Shown: piece by piece, positions 44,640 to 53,755 of the stretch
Numbering within the stretch: position 1 is the first letter of the stretch
Layout: the number at the start of each line of letters is the position of its first letter
The notes under the pieces: model-generated
The model's database searches: none
Seen by the model: only the letters and a program-made list of their open reading frames with translations
Told to the model about the DNA's origin: nothing
Translations under genes and position numbers: made by a program
Assembly: GCA_965530755.1 (NCBI GenBank)
Contig: CBESNA010000007.1
Location: forward strand, 45,205-109,204
From: an uncultured Acidimicrobiia bacterium
GTDB taxonomy: Bacteria > Actinomycetota > Acidimicrobiia > Acidimicrobiales > SZUA-35
DNA length: 64,000 bases
Reading direction: 5' to 3'

Positions 44640-44891
44640 ATGGCAGAACGATTCAACATCGCCAAAGAAGTCGACGTTGCGCTGAGGGACTCGCCGGAAC
44701 GGGCACTCCTGATTCTCCCAGCGCTGGCGGGCGAGATCCTGGCCGCCGGCGATCCGGTTTCGGTCGCCGACCTCGCCGACGTGCTGGGAATGTACGTGCT
44801 CCGGCGAGAACCCAATCATCATGTCGCCAGCGCCGTCCTCGCGATGCTTCGGACGTACGCCGTCGGCAACGCAGCCCACTTCAACAATTGA
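44640..44891 (+). CDS. hypothetical protein (83 aa)
   Basis: ATG 44640 lies 14 nt after the SDR stop. Coding-like codon usage. No motif recognised. Confidence 0.35.
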   Translation: MAERFNIAKEVDVALRDSPERALLILPALAGEILAAGDPVSVADLADVLGMYVLRREPNHHVASAVLAMLRTYAVGNAAHFNN

Positions 44892-44950
44892 GTCCTCGCT
44901 GTTGCCGTTACGATCGGGGTGTTCGGTAGTCGAGGACGGTCGGGAGAGTC

Positions 44951-45412
44951 GTGGCGTTCGGTCAAGCTTCCGGTCCGCCTGCGACCGGCAAACAGGTGCG
45001 AGAGCTCCTCGAACTCCTGGCTGCCGCAGGGCACGCCGACTTCCGCGATGCGCGAGGACCCATGGGATTCACGCAACGTCAGGCCGGTGGCAAGTTCACG
45101 CGGGACGAGGCCGAGGCGTTCATCGAACAGCTGGAAGCTGAGGCCGATGGAACCGCTCCACCCGGGGAGTCGTTCGCACCGCCTCCGGCCGGGACCGTCA
45201 GGCCCAAGACACCCAAGCCAGATCCAGGCAAAACCGGCGGTTGGCGCTCGCAACTGCCCAACGCATCACCGCCGGCGTCGACACCGAGCCAACCGAAGCG
45301 TGCCGTCAAGAAGAGCACATCCAAGTCCCCCGAGCTCGACCTCAGCGAGGTCTCGGCCGAGGAGTTGGCAGCAGAACTCCAAGGTCGAGGGTGGATTGTT
45401 CTCGATCCCTGA
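44951..45412 (+). CDS. hypothetical protein with structured N-terminus and Pro/Lys-rich middle
   Basis: GTG start. The N-terminal ATGKQVRELLELLAAAGHADFRDARGPMGFTQRQAGGKFTRDEAEAFIEQLE looks like a conserved actinobacterial domain that I cannot name. Confidence 0.5.
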   Translation: MAFGQASGPPATGKQVRELLELLAAAGHADFRDARGPMGFTQRQAGGKFTRDEAEAFIEQLEAEADGTAPPGESFAPPPAGTVRPKTPKPDPGKTGGWRSQLPNASPPASTPSQPKRAVKKSTSKSPELDLSEVSAEELAAELQGRGWIVLDP

Positions 45413-45472
45413 CGACACATCGCGCTCCACCAGCCCGGGAGTCGAGGAGACTGCGCACTACGGTCGAAGCCG

Positions 45473-47563
45473 ATGACAGCACCACCGTCCCATGCGTTGT
45501 TCGTCCTGGCTGCCGAGGGTCGAAGCGGCAAGTCGCTCGTTGCCCTCGGCCTGGTCGACGCCCTGAGCCGTCGGGTGGGCCGCGTCGGCGTGTTCCGCCC
45601 GGTCGTGCACGACGCCGACGCACCAGACGAGATCATCGATCTCTTGGCCAACCGATCCGACCCTCCGCTCCCCTCGGCGGTCGGTGTCACGTACGACGAC
45701 GTGCATGACGACGCTGACGCGGCGATGGCATCAGTCCTCGAGAAGTATCACGAGCTCGCCGCCCGGTGCGACGCAGTCATCGTGGTCGGGTCGGACTACA
45801 GCGAAGTGGCCAGCCCCATCGAGCTGGGCGTCAACGGTCGCATCGCCGCCAACCTCGGGGTGCCCGTGGTCGCCGTCGTCAGTGCGCGAGCTCGTCAGCA
45901 AGATGACATCGGGCACCTGGTCGACCTCACGATCAACGAGCTCCGTCATGCTCACGCCTCCGTCCTGGCCGTCGTGGTCAACCGGGTCGACCCTGACGCC
46001 GTTTCCAGCGTCCGTCGCCATTTCGAGCGGCATCGCTGCGGCGGCGACGAGCCGGTGAAGATCTGGGTGGTTCCCGAGGATCCGCTCGTGGCGGCCCCGC
46101 AGGTCGCCGACGCACTGGCGGCGGTCGACGGTTCTCTCATCGCCGGCGACGATCACCTCCTCGAACGGGTCTACCTCGACACGCTGGTCTGTGCCATGAA
46201 CGTCGAGCACGTGCTCGGGTACCTCGAGGACGGTCAACTCTGCATCGCCGCCGGCGACCGATCCGACGTGCTCTTGGCCCTGGCCGCCAGCTGTGCCTCG
46301 CTCGATGCCCCCACCGTGTCGGCGGTCGTGCTCACCGGCGGTTTCGTCCCCAACTCCGACGTGGCCCGATTGATCGCCGGAATCGACGCACACCTTCCGA
46401 TCATTTCCACCGAGATGGATTCCTTCGATACTGCGGCCGCCATCGCCGCCACCCACGCCACGTTGTCGAGATCATCGACGCGGCGGATCGACCGGGCCCT
46501 TGCCACCTTCGAGAACCACCTCGGCGCCGACGTGGTCGAGGTCCTCGAAGGCATCCCTCGCACAACGGCGGTGACGCCTCTCATGTTCGAGCTGCAACTG
46601 ATCGAGCTGGCCCGGGCCGTCCCGCGTCACATCGTGCTGCCCGAGGGCGAGGACGACCGTGTGCTCCAGGCCGCCGCCACACTCAGAGCTCGCGACGTGG
46701 CTCGCCTCACGATCCTCGGAGACCCTGGCGCCGTACGATCTCGCGCCTCTGCGCTCGGCCTCAGACTCGACGACGTCGACATCATGAATCCGGCGACGAA
46801 TGAACGCCGCGAGGAGTACGCCCGGATCTACACCGACCTGAGATCACATCGCGGCATGAGCCTCGACCCGGCGCTCGACATCATGCGCGATGTGTCGTAC
46901 TTCGGCACGATGATGGTTCACTTGGGCCACGCCGACGGCATGGTGTCTGGTGCCGCTCACTCGACCGCGCACACTGTCACGCCGGCGTTCGAGATCATCA
47001 AGACCGAGCCCGGCGTCGACGTCGTGTCGTCAGTGTTCTTCATGTGCCTGGCCGACCGAGTGCTGGTCTACGGGGACTGCGCAATCATTCCCGAGCCGAC
47101 AGTCGATGAACTCGCCGACATCGCCATCGCTTCGGCGGCCACGGCGGCACGATTCGGCGTTGAACCCCGGATCGCAATGCTCTCGTACTCCACGGGCGAG
47201 TCTGGATCGGGCGCCGACGTCGAGAAGGTTCGGGCTGCGACCGCCCTGGTCCGTCAGCGGCGGCCTGACCTGAAGGTGGAGGGGCCGGTGCAGTACGACG
47301 CCGCCATCGATGCCGACGTGGCGTCGTCGAAGATGCCAGGCTCAGAGGTCGCCGGTCGGGCCACGGTCTTCGTCTTCCCCGATTTGAACACAGGCAACAA
47401 CACGTACAAGGCGGTGCAGCGCTCGGCAGGAGCTATCGCCATCGGGCCGGTCCTGCAGGGTCTTGCGAAGCCGATCAACGATCTCTCTCGAGGCGCCACC
47501 GTGCGCGACATCGTCAACACGGTGGCCATCACTGCCGCCCAAGCAGCAGCGATCGACCGGTGA
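45473..47563 (+). CDS. pta: phosphate acetyltransferase (long form with N-terminal P-loop-like/DRTGG region)
   Basis: 696 aa. The C-terminal PTA_PTB domain has PEGEDDRVLQAAA...SGAAHSTAHTV...VFVFPDLNTGNNTYK. Confidence 0.9.
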   Translation: MTAPPSHALFVLAAEGRSGKSLVALGLVDALSRRVGRVGVFRPVVHDADAPDEIIDLLANRSDPPLPSAVGVTYDDVHDDADAAMASVLEKYHELAARCDAVIVVGSDYSEVASPIELGVNGRIAANLGVPVVAVVSARARQQDDIGHLVDLTINELRHAHASVLAVVVNRVDPDAVSSVRRHFERHRCGGDEPVKIWVVPEDPLVAAPQVADALAAVDGSLIAGDDHLLERVYLDTLVCAMNVEHVLGYLEDGQLCIAAGDRSDVLLALAASCASLDAPTVSAVVLTGGFVPNSDVARLIAGIDAHLPIISTEMDSFDTAAAIAATHATLSRSSTRRIDRALATFENHLGADVVEVLEGIPRTTAVTPLMFELQLIELARAVPRHIVLPEGEDDRVLQAAATLRARDVARLTILGDPGAVRSRASALGLRLDDVDIMNPATNERREEYARIYTDLRSHRGMSLDPALDIMRDVSYFGTMMVHLGHADGMVSGAAHSTAHTVTPAFEIIKTEPGVDVVSSVFFMCLADRVLVYGDCAIIPEPTVDELADIAIASAATAARFGVEPRIAMLSYSTGESGSGADVEKVRAATALVRQRRPDLKVEGPVQYDAAIDADVASSKMPGSEVAGRATVFVFPDLNTGNNTYKAVQRSAGAIAIGPVLQGLAKPINDLSRGATVRDIVNTVAITAAQAAAIDR

Positions 47564-48747
47564 GTCACCGTCCGGTGGTACTCGTCCTCAACTGTGGCTC
47601 GTCGTCGGTCAAGTACGAACTCGTCGAGCCAGACACCGGCCGGCGACTCGCAAAGGGTCAGGTGGAGCGCATCGGCGGGCCGGGGGCCCACCTCCACCAC
47701 ACGAGCGACCACGACGAGTTCGACCGGCCGGTCGAGGCGTCCGGCCACGCTGAGGCCATGGCGCACGTACTCGAGGCGTTCGCTGGTCACGGCCCCGACC
47801 TGGCCGGCTCCGAGCTGGCAGCGGTCGGTCACCGAGTGGTGATGGGCGGGCTCGAATTCTCGGCGCCGACCCTGATCGACGACGACGTCGAGGCAACGGT
47901 CGAACGGTTGTCGCCTCTCGCCCCACTGCACAATCCGGCCAACATCGCCGGCATCCGGGTGGCGCGTGCCGCCCTTCCAGACACACCCCATGTGGCGGTG
48001 TTCGACACGGCCTTCTTCAATGCTTTGCCTGAAGAGGCCACCACCTACGCGATCGACCGACATGTGGCAGCCGAACACGGCATCCGACGCTACGGATTCC
48101 ACGGGACGTCACACCGGTACGTGTCGGGTCGAGCGGCTGAGCTGCTCGGCCGGAGCGACCTCCGTCAGATCGTGCTGCACCTCGGGAACGGGGCATCGGC
48201 GGCCGCCATCGTCAGCGGTCGACCAGTGGCGATCAGCATGGGTCTCACCCCACTCGAGGGTCTGGTGATGGGTACCCGGTCGGGTGACCTCGACCCAGCC
48301 ATCGTGCTGTATCTGCAGCGGGAGGCCGGAATGTCAGTCGACGAAGTTGATGACCTGCTCAATCGGCGCAGCGGCCTGACCGGACTCTGCGGCCACAGCG
48401 ACCTGCGTGACGTCCGCGCTGCTGCCGATGCCGGCAACGCCGCCGCGCTGCTGGCCATCGACGTCTACGTGCGGCGCATCAAGCACTACCTGGGGGCGTA
48501 CGCCGCCATCATGGGCGGCGTTGACGCCATCACGTTCACCGCCGGTGTGGGCGAACACGATGCGGTGATTCGAGCTCGGGTCGCCGACGGACTCGGATTC
48601 CTGGGGATCGACATCGATCCGGCCGGCAACGCAATCGACGGCGGCGAGCGTGTGATCTCGAGGGCAGAGGCTCAGGTCAAGGTCATGGTGGTCCCCACCG
48701 ACGAGTCATTGGCGATCGCCCGGGAGACGCTCGACGTCGTCGCGTGA
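47560..48747 (+). CDS. ackA: acetate kinase
   Basis: VLVLNCGSSSVKY N-terminus, HRVVMGG, FDTAFF, GFHGTSH and GTRSGDLDP. 4-nt overlap with pta. Confidence 0.92.
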   Translation: MSHRPVVLVLNCGSSSVKYELVEPDTGRRLAKGQVERIGGPGAHLHHTSDHDEFDRPVEASGHAEAMAHVLEAFAGHGPDLAGSELAAVGHRVVMGGLEFSAPTLIDDDVEATVERLSPLAPLHNPANIAGIRVARAALPDTPHVAVFDTAFFNALPEEATTYAIDRHVAAEHGIRRYGFHGTSHRYVSGRAAELLGRSDLRQIVLHLGNGASAAAIVSGRPVAISMGLTPLEGLVMGTRSGDLDPAIVLYLQREAGMSVDEVDDLLNRRSGLTGLCGHSDLRDVRAAADAGNAAALLAIDVYVRRIKHYLGAYAAIMGGVDAITFTAGVGEHDAVIRARVADGLGFLGIDIDPAGNAIDGGERVISRAEAQVKVMVVPTDESLAIARETLDVVA

Positions 48748-48814
48748 GCGCCGCGCTCCCCGATCTCACGGGGACTCGTCAGCGCAGGAGCCCGGTTCCC
48801 CAATTCGCCGAATG

Positions 48815-49674
48815 TCAATTGCCGGGCGCCGCTCCGAGCGCGGTTTGGAGTTCCTCGACGGTGATGCCGAGCTCGGCTGCGGCAGCAGCCATGTCAGGCC
48901 CTTGCGGGTCGGCGGCTCCGTCCGCCGGGGCACCTTCCTCGTCCTCGGTACCACCGCTCGAGGCACCCACGCTCGTCTCGCCGTCCTCGAACTCGACGAC
49001 CCGATCAGGGTTGACCGTCGTCGGATCACCATCCGATGTCGCGGTCACGTCGCCGCCACGCACCAGGCGAACGTAGTTCTCGCCCCGTTCGGCATCGATT
49101 CCATCGGGGCCGTCTGCGTTCTTGGTGTCGAACCGAACAGCGCCGGCGCCGTGGGTGCCGTCGCCGACGAGGTAGAAGTAGTCGGTGTCGACCCACGGCC
49201 ACCCGGCCGAGAAATCTCTGATCGACCACAGCTCGTCGATGTTGGGAAGACGCCACTCGGCAACGTCGCCCGTTGTGAGGGATTCGCAGTAACCCGCCGC
49301 GTCTGACCATGGCATCGAGGCGTCCGACAGGTCCTGAGTCCACAGCAGACCAGTGACGTCGTCGTTCACGGTGCCGTCTTCGTTGTCGGTGTAGCTGGGG
49401 GTGTTGCCGGTGTATTGCGCATCCTGCCCATAGAAGGCTTCCCCAACGCCTGGACAGTCGATGAGTTCGCCGGTGTCGTAACAGGTGCCCTGGTTGGTGT
49501 CGACGATGGCGTAGGCGAGGTCACGACCGGCGGAGGTGTCGACCGCCGCATCGGAGTTGTCAGCGGCGACTGCCTCGTTTGCAGTCGAGGCGGCTTCGTC
49601 GTCTTCACCGCAGGCTCCGGCAAAAGGGCCAACACAACGACCAGGACCAAGGGAATTCGACCTCGTGTGGACAT
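48815..49674 (-). CDS. DUF1566 (Lcl C-terminal-like) lipoprotein; the signal peptide and the mature part are in different frames (apparent 1-nt indel near 49622-49625)
   Basis: The mature part is in the frame of track ORF 48815..49702. It contains the lipobox remnant FAGAC and the DUF1566 motif WRLPNIDELWSI. A good signal peptide, MSTRGRIPLVLVVVLALL, starts at ATG 49674 in the frame of track ORF 49366..49674. It joins the lipobox only if one base is added at the A4 run 49622-49625. Confidence 0.6.
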
Positions 49675-49841
49675 CGAGGAAGTCCTTCCAGATTGGGATC
49701 ATGTCTCGCTTCGACCCATCGTGGCCGCTGAACCTGTGGGGGCCCTGTGAGCCGACCCACGGGATCGGGGCGAGCTGGTGCCTCCACCATCAGGACGTTG
49801 TGCCCTGGTTGACCCACCCGGCGCGTCCATATGATCGGGCC

Positions 49842-50117
49842 GTGAACGATTCAATGATGATTGAAGTGTTCCGGGCGCTGGGCGACCCGGTGCGGTGGAC
49901 GATCGTGAACGAACTGCGCCATGGCACGCGGTGTGCATGTGTCCTCAGCTCGGTGGCCGAAGTGTCGCCATCGTTGTTGTCGCATCACCTCAAGACGCTC
50001 CGAGAAGCCGGCCTCATCACGGGTGAACGACGGGGCCGGTGGATCGACTACGCCCTTGCCCCCGAAGTGTTCGAGCGCTTGTCCGACGCGCTGGTTCCCG
50101 AGGCGGTGGCGGTCTGA
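49842..50117 (+). CDS. arsR: ArsR-family metalloregulator
   Basis: FRALGDPVRWTIVNELRHGTRCACVLSSVAEVSPSLLSHHLKTLREAGLI: an ArsR HTH with a CxC site in helix 3. The start is GTG 49842 or ATG 49854. Confidence 0.8.
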   Translation: MNDSMMIEVFRALGDPVRWTIVNELRHGTRCACVLSSVAEVSPSLLSHHLKTLREAGLITGERRGRWIDYALAPEVFERLSDALVPEAVAV

Positions 50118-51166
50118 TGGCCATCGCACACAAGCCCCCGGACGTGAGCCTCCGCCAACGCCGTTGGCTGACACTTGGAGCAGCCGGTGCGTTGTGGCTG
50201 GTGCTGTACCGCTTGAACGAACCCTTCTGGGACTGGTTGCTCTACGACACGATCGGACTCGTCGCCGACACCCGCTTCGCGGAATCGGTGCACTTCTTCT
50301 TCTACGACGTCACCAAGATCGCTCTCTTGCTGACCGGTGTGATCTTCGTGGTGACAGTGCTTCGCAGTTTCATGTCGGTCGAACGCACCCGTGCGCTACT
50401 CGGGGGTCGGCGCGAGGGAGTCGGAAACGTGCTCGCGTCCGGGCTCGGCGTGGTCACCCCGTTCTGTTCGTGTTCTGCGGTGCCGGCATTCATCGGGTTC
50501 GTCGCGGCAGGTGTTCCTCTCGGGGTGACCCTCAGCTTCCTGATCGCCAGTCCGCTGGTCAACGAGGTGGCAATCGTGCTGCTTCTCGGCCTGTTCGGCT
50601 GGAAGATCACCGCCCTCTACGTCGCCGGCGGGATGGCCATCGCGATCGTGGCCGGGTTCGTACTCGGCCGCATGAAGCTCGAACGCTGGGTCGAGCCCTT
50701 CGTGTTCGAAACCCGACTCCGCGGCAAGGTGATCGACCCCGCGGCCGGTCTCAACTGGGACGACCGCATCGCCATGGGACGCGAGGAAGTCGCGACGATC
50801 CTCCGCAAGATCTGGCCATACCTCCTCGTCGGCATCGCTCTGGGAGCGGCAATCCACGGCTGGGTTCCCGAAACCTGGATCGCCGACCATGCGTCGTCTG
50901 GAGGGTGGGGTGTGCTGGTCGCTGTCGGATTGGGTGTCCCGCTGTACTCCAACGCAGCCGGCGTCCTGCCGTTGGTCGAAGCGCTCCACGACAAGGGACT
51001 CCCGATGGGGACGGTGCTGGCGTTCATGATGAGCGTCGTCGCCCTGTCCGCCCCGGAAGTGATCCTGCTGCGCCGTGTTCTGCAGAAGCAGCTCATCGCC
51101 ACCTACGTGGGCGTGGTCGCGGTCGGGATCCTCGCCACTGGCTACCTGTTCAACCTCGTCATATGA
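50117..51166 (+). CDS. UPF0718/ArsP-like permease with TPFCSCS motif
   Basis: Start at ATG 50117 overlaps the arsR stop (TGATG). A multi-TM protein with GVVTPFCSCSAVP. Confidence 0.8.
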   Translation: MAIAHKPPDVSLRQRRWLTLGAAGALWLVLYRLNEPFWDWLLYDTIGLVADTRFAESVHFFFYDVTKIALLLTGVIFVVTVLRSFMSVERTRALLGGRREGVGNVLASGLGVVTPFCSCSAVPAFIGFVAAGVPLGVTLSFLIASPLVNEVAIVLLLGLFGWKITALYVAGGMAIAIVAGFVLGRMKLERWVEPFVFETRLRGKVIDPAAGLNWDDRIAMGREEVATILRKIWPYLLVGIALGAAIHGWVPETWIADHASSGGWGVLVAVGLGVPLYSNAAGVLPLVEALHDKGLPMGTVLAFMMSVVALSAPEVILLRRVLQKQLIATYVGVVAVGILATGYLFNLVI

Positions 51167-51177
51167 AGGAGAAGAAG

Positions 51178-51414
51178 ATGGACATCAAGATCCTGGGCAC
51201 TGGGTGCGCCAAATGCCAGTCACTCGAAGCGCTCACCCACGAGGCCGCAGACGAACTCGGCCTCGCCGCTGATTTCGAAAAGGTCACCGACCCGGGCGAG
51301 ATCGCCTCGTGGGGCGTCATGGCAACCCCGGCACTCGTGATCGACGACGAGGTCGTCGTCTCGGGCCGAGTCCCCACCAAAGCGGACATCACCGCCATGT
51401 TGAGCGATCGCTGA
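51178..51414 (+). CDS. thioredoxin-fold redox-active disulfide protein (78 aa)
   Basis: MDIKILGTGCAKCQ...ATPALVIDDEVV: a CxxC protein of the type usually found next to such permeases. RBS GAAGGAG upstream. Confidence 0.8.
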   Translation: MDIKILGTGCAKCQSLEALTHEAADELGLAADFEKVTDPGEIASWGVMATPALVIDDEVVVSGRVPTKADITAMLSDR

Positions 51415-51462
51415 ATCGCGACGCATGCGCGATCTCGACCGGCCCCGCCAGCCCTCCAAGAA

Positions 51463-52653
51463 CTAGATTGAGGCCTTGGCCCTGCTGGGATCGGGCGCCA
51501 GACGCCCGCCATTTCGATCGTGCACATCGGCGGCCGCCGCAGTTGGCGTGACGTACGGGAAATTGCGTTTGAACGAGGTACTCGCTCGCTCGAGGGTGTA
51601 GTAGCTGATCGTGGTCGGCACCAGGGTGACCGCGAGATACACCAAGAACTGCAACACCATCGGTCGCCCCTCGAGGAGACCAGGCGCCTGTTGATTGACG
51701 AAAGTGCGAGCAACAACATGCCAGAGGTAGAAGCCATACGACACTGAGCCGAGCCATCGCACTGGACGACGATCGAACAAGAACTGAAAAACGCGACTCT
51801 CGCCCCGAGCAGCCGCCCACACGATGCCACTGAGAGCCAGGACGAGGAAGGTTTCAGTCGGCACCAACCAGTGGCTCATGCCGAACTCGACCTGAAGCAT
51901 GCGCAGCGAGAAGTACACGACGCCGCCCGCCACGCCGATCCAGGTCACGATCCTGGGGTGGGCGAGCCCGCGATGGGCAAGCGCAGCGAGCAGGCAACCA
52001 CCCAAGAGCCCGGTGAACGCCGCCGGCGGAAGGATCCCAGTCAGCTCCATTCGCTGCGACACGATCAACGTCAACAAACTGCCGCTCATCAGTATCGAGA
52101 ACATTCGCAGCACGCTCATCCTGCGCGTCAACAGGACCACGAAGGGCACGAAGAGATAGAACTGCTCCTCGACCGCAAGGCTCCACAAGTGATACGCGCC
52201 GTCGGGGCCGTAGCCAAGGGCAGCCATGCGATAGTTGCCAAGGTATGTGAAGTACCAGGCCAGCCCATCGGCATCATCAAAGAGGCCGAGCATCGTCGTG
52301 ACGATCAGGTAGAGGTAGAGCGCCGGGACCAGACGGAGAAGTCGCCTGGCGAAGAAGGCGAGCACCGGCTGTCGCCAGTGAGTGTCGCTCGCAGCCATCT
52401 TGCGCCGAGTGTCGAGCAAGATTCCGGTGATGAGATAGCCGCTGAGGACAAAGAAGAGCTCGACGCCCAAGTAGGGCCACAGCGGTTCATTGGCGAAGTG
52501 CTCGGTTCCGAACCAGTGGCCGAACGCAACGAAGAGCACCGCTATCGCACGCAGCCCATCGAGTTGCGCCCGGTGTCCCTGTGGAATCCCCATCCGCCTC
52601 CAATCGGCCAAGCACCGATCGAGATGAGGCCGCCGCCATACTGAGTGGCCCAT
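51463..52653 (-). CDS. acyltransferase-3 family membrane protein
   Basis: LDGLRAIAVLFVAFGHW...ELFFVLSGYLI...HLWSLAVEEQFY are classic acyltransferase_3 motifs. The start may instead be ATG 52593. Confidence 0.8.
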   Translation of the reverse strand: MGHSVWRRPHLDRCLADWRRMGIPQGHRAQLDGLRAIAVLFVAFGHWFGTEHFANEPLWPYLGVELFFVLSGYLITGILLDTRRKMAASDTHWRQPVLAFFARRLLRLVPALYLYLIVTTMLGLFDDADGLAWYFTYLGNYRMAALGYGPDGAYHLWSLAVEEQFYLFVPFVVLLTRRMSVLRMFSILMSGSLLTLIVSQRMELTGILPPAAFTGLLGGCLLAALAHRGLAHPRIVTWIGVAGGVVYFSLRMLQVEFGMSHWLVPTETFLVLALSGIVWAAARGESRVFQFLFDRRPVRWLGSVSYGFYLWHVVARTFVNQQAPGLLEGRPMVLQFLVYLAVTLVPTTISYYTLERASTSFKRNFPYVTPTAAAADVHDRNGGRLAPDPSRAKASI

Positions 52654-53739
52654 GCAACTGAGCTTCCGATGATCACCGATCCAGAGCTTCCCGTTCTCGA
52701 GCGCCTCTCGATGCTGGACCGCTTCCTACCCGTGTGGATCATCGCCGCCATGGGTGCGGGTATCGGCCTGGGGCGCCTCCTCCCGGATCTGAACGAGTGG
52801 CTCGACACCGTCAAGATCGGCACGGTGTCGCTACCGATCGCGATCGGTCTGCTGTTGATGATGTACCCGGTGTTGGCCAAGGTCCGATACTCCAAGATCG
52901 ACGAAGTCGCCGCTGACCGGACCCTCATGGCCAGCTCACTGGTTCTGAACTGGCTGATCGGTCCTGCGCTCATGTTCGCCCTGGCGTGGCTGTTGCTCCC
53001 CGACCTCCCTGACTACCGGACCGGGCTGATCATCGTCGGGTTGGCCCGCTGTATCGCAATGGTGCTGATCTGGAACGATCTCGCCTGCGGCGACCGTGAA
53101 GCCGCTGCGGTTCTCGTGGCTCTCAACTCGGTGTTTCAGATCGTCGCCTATGCCCTGCTCGGCTACTTCTACCTCGAACTGCTTCCCGGCTGGCTCGGGC
53201 TCGACACAGCACAACTCGACGTGTCGATGTGGGAGATCGCGAAAATCGTCCTCATCTTTCTGGGCATCCCGCTGGCCGCCGGTTACCTCACCAGACGATG
53301 GGGCGAGGCCGGTCCCGGGATCGACTGGTACGAGAACACGTTCCTTCCCCGTATCGGGCCGCTGGCCCTGTACGGCCTGCTGTTCACCATCACCATCCTG
53401 TTCGCGCTGCAGGGTGAAACCATCACCGACAAACCGGCCGACGTCGCAAGAATCGCTCTCCCGCTGCTCGCCTACTTCGCCATCATGTGGGTCACATCGT
53501 TCGCACTCGGGCTCCGTCTCGGACTGTCCTACGAGAAGAACGCCACGCTGGCCTTCACGGCGGCAGGCAACAACTTCGAACTCGGGATCGCTGTCGCCAT
53601 TGGTGTCTTCGGCGTCAACTCCGGCCAAGCCCTCGCTGGAGTCGTCGGTCCGCTCATCGAAGTCCCTGTCCTCGTCGCCCTCGTCTATGTCGCGCTGTGG
53701 GCCCGAGGCCGCTTCTACCCAGCGGCCGAGGTCCGCTGA
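52645..53739 (+). CDS. acr3: ACR3-family arsenite efflux transporter
   Basis: 364 aa. LSMLDRFLPVWIIAAMGAGIGLG...LLLMMYPVLAKVRY...CIAMVLIWNDLA is typical of ACR3. Confidence 0.9.
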   Translation: MAHATELPMITDPELPVLERLSMLDRFLPVWIIAAMGAGIGLGRLLPDLNEWLDTVKIGTVSLPIAIGLLLMMYPVLAKVRYSKIDEVAADRTLMASSLVLNWLIGPALMFALAWLLLPDLPDYRTGLIIVGLARCIAMVLIWNDLACGDREAAAVLVALNSVFQIVAYALLGYFYLELLPGWLGLDTAQLDVSMWEIAKIVLIFLGIPLAAGYLTRRWGEAGPGIDWYENTFLPRIGPLALYGLLFTITILFALQGETITDKPADVARIALPLLAYFAIMWVTSFALGLRLGLSYEKNATLAFTAAGNNFELGIAVAIGVFGVNSGQALAGVVGPLIEVPVLVALVYVALWARGRFYPAAEVR

Positions 53740-53755
53740 GCAATCCGCGCGACAT

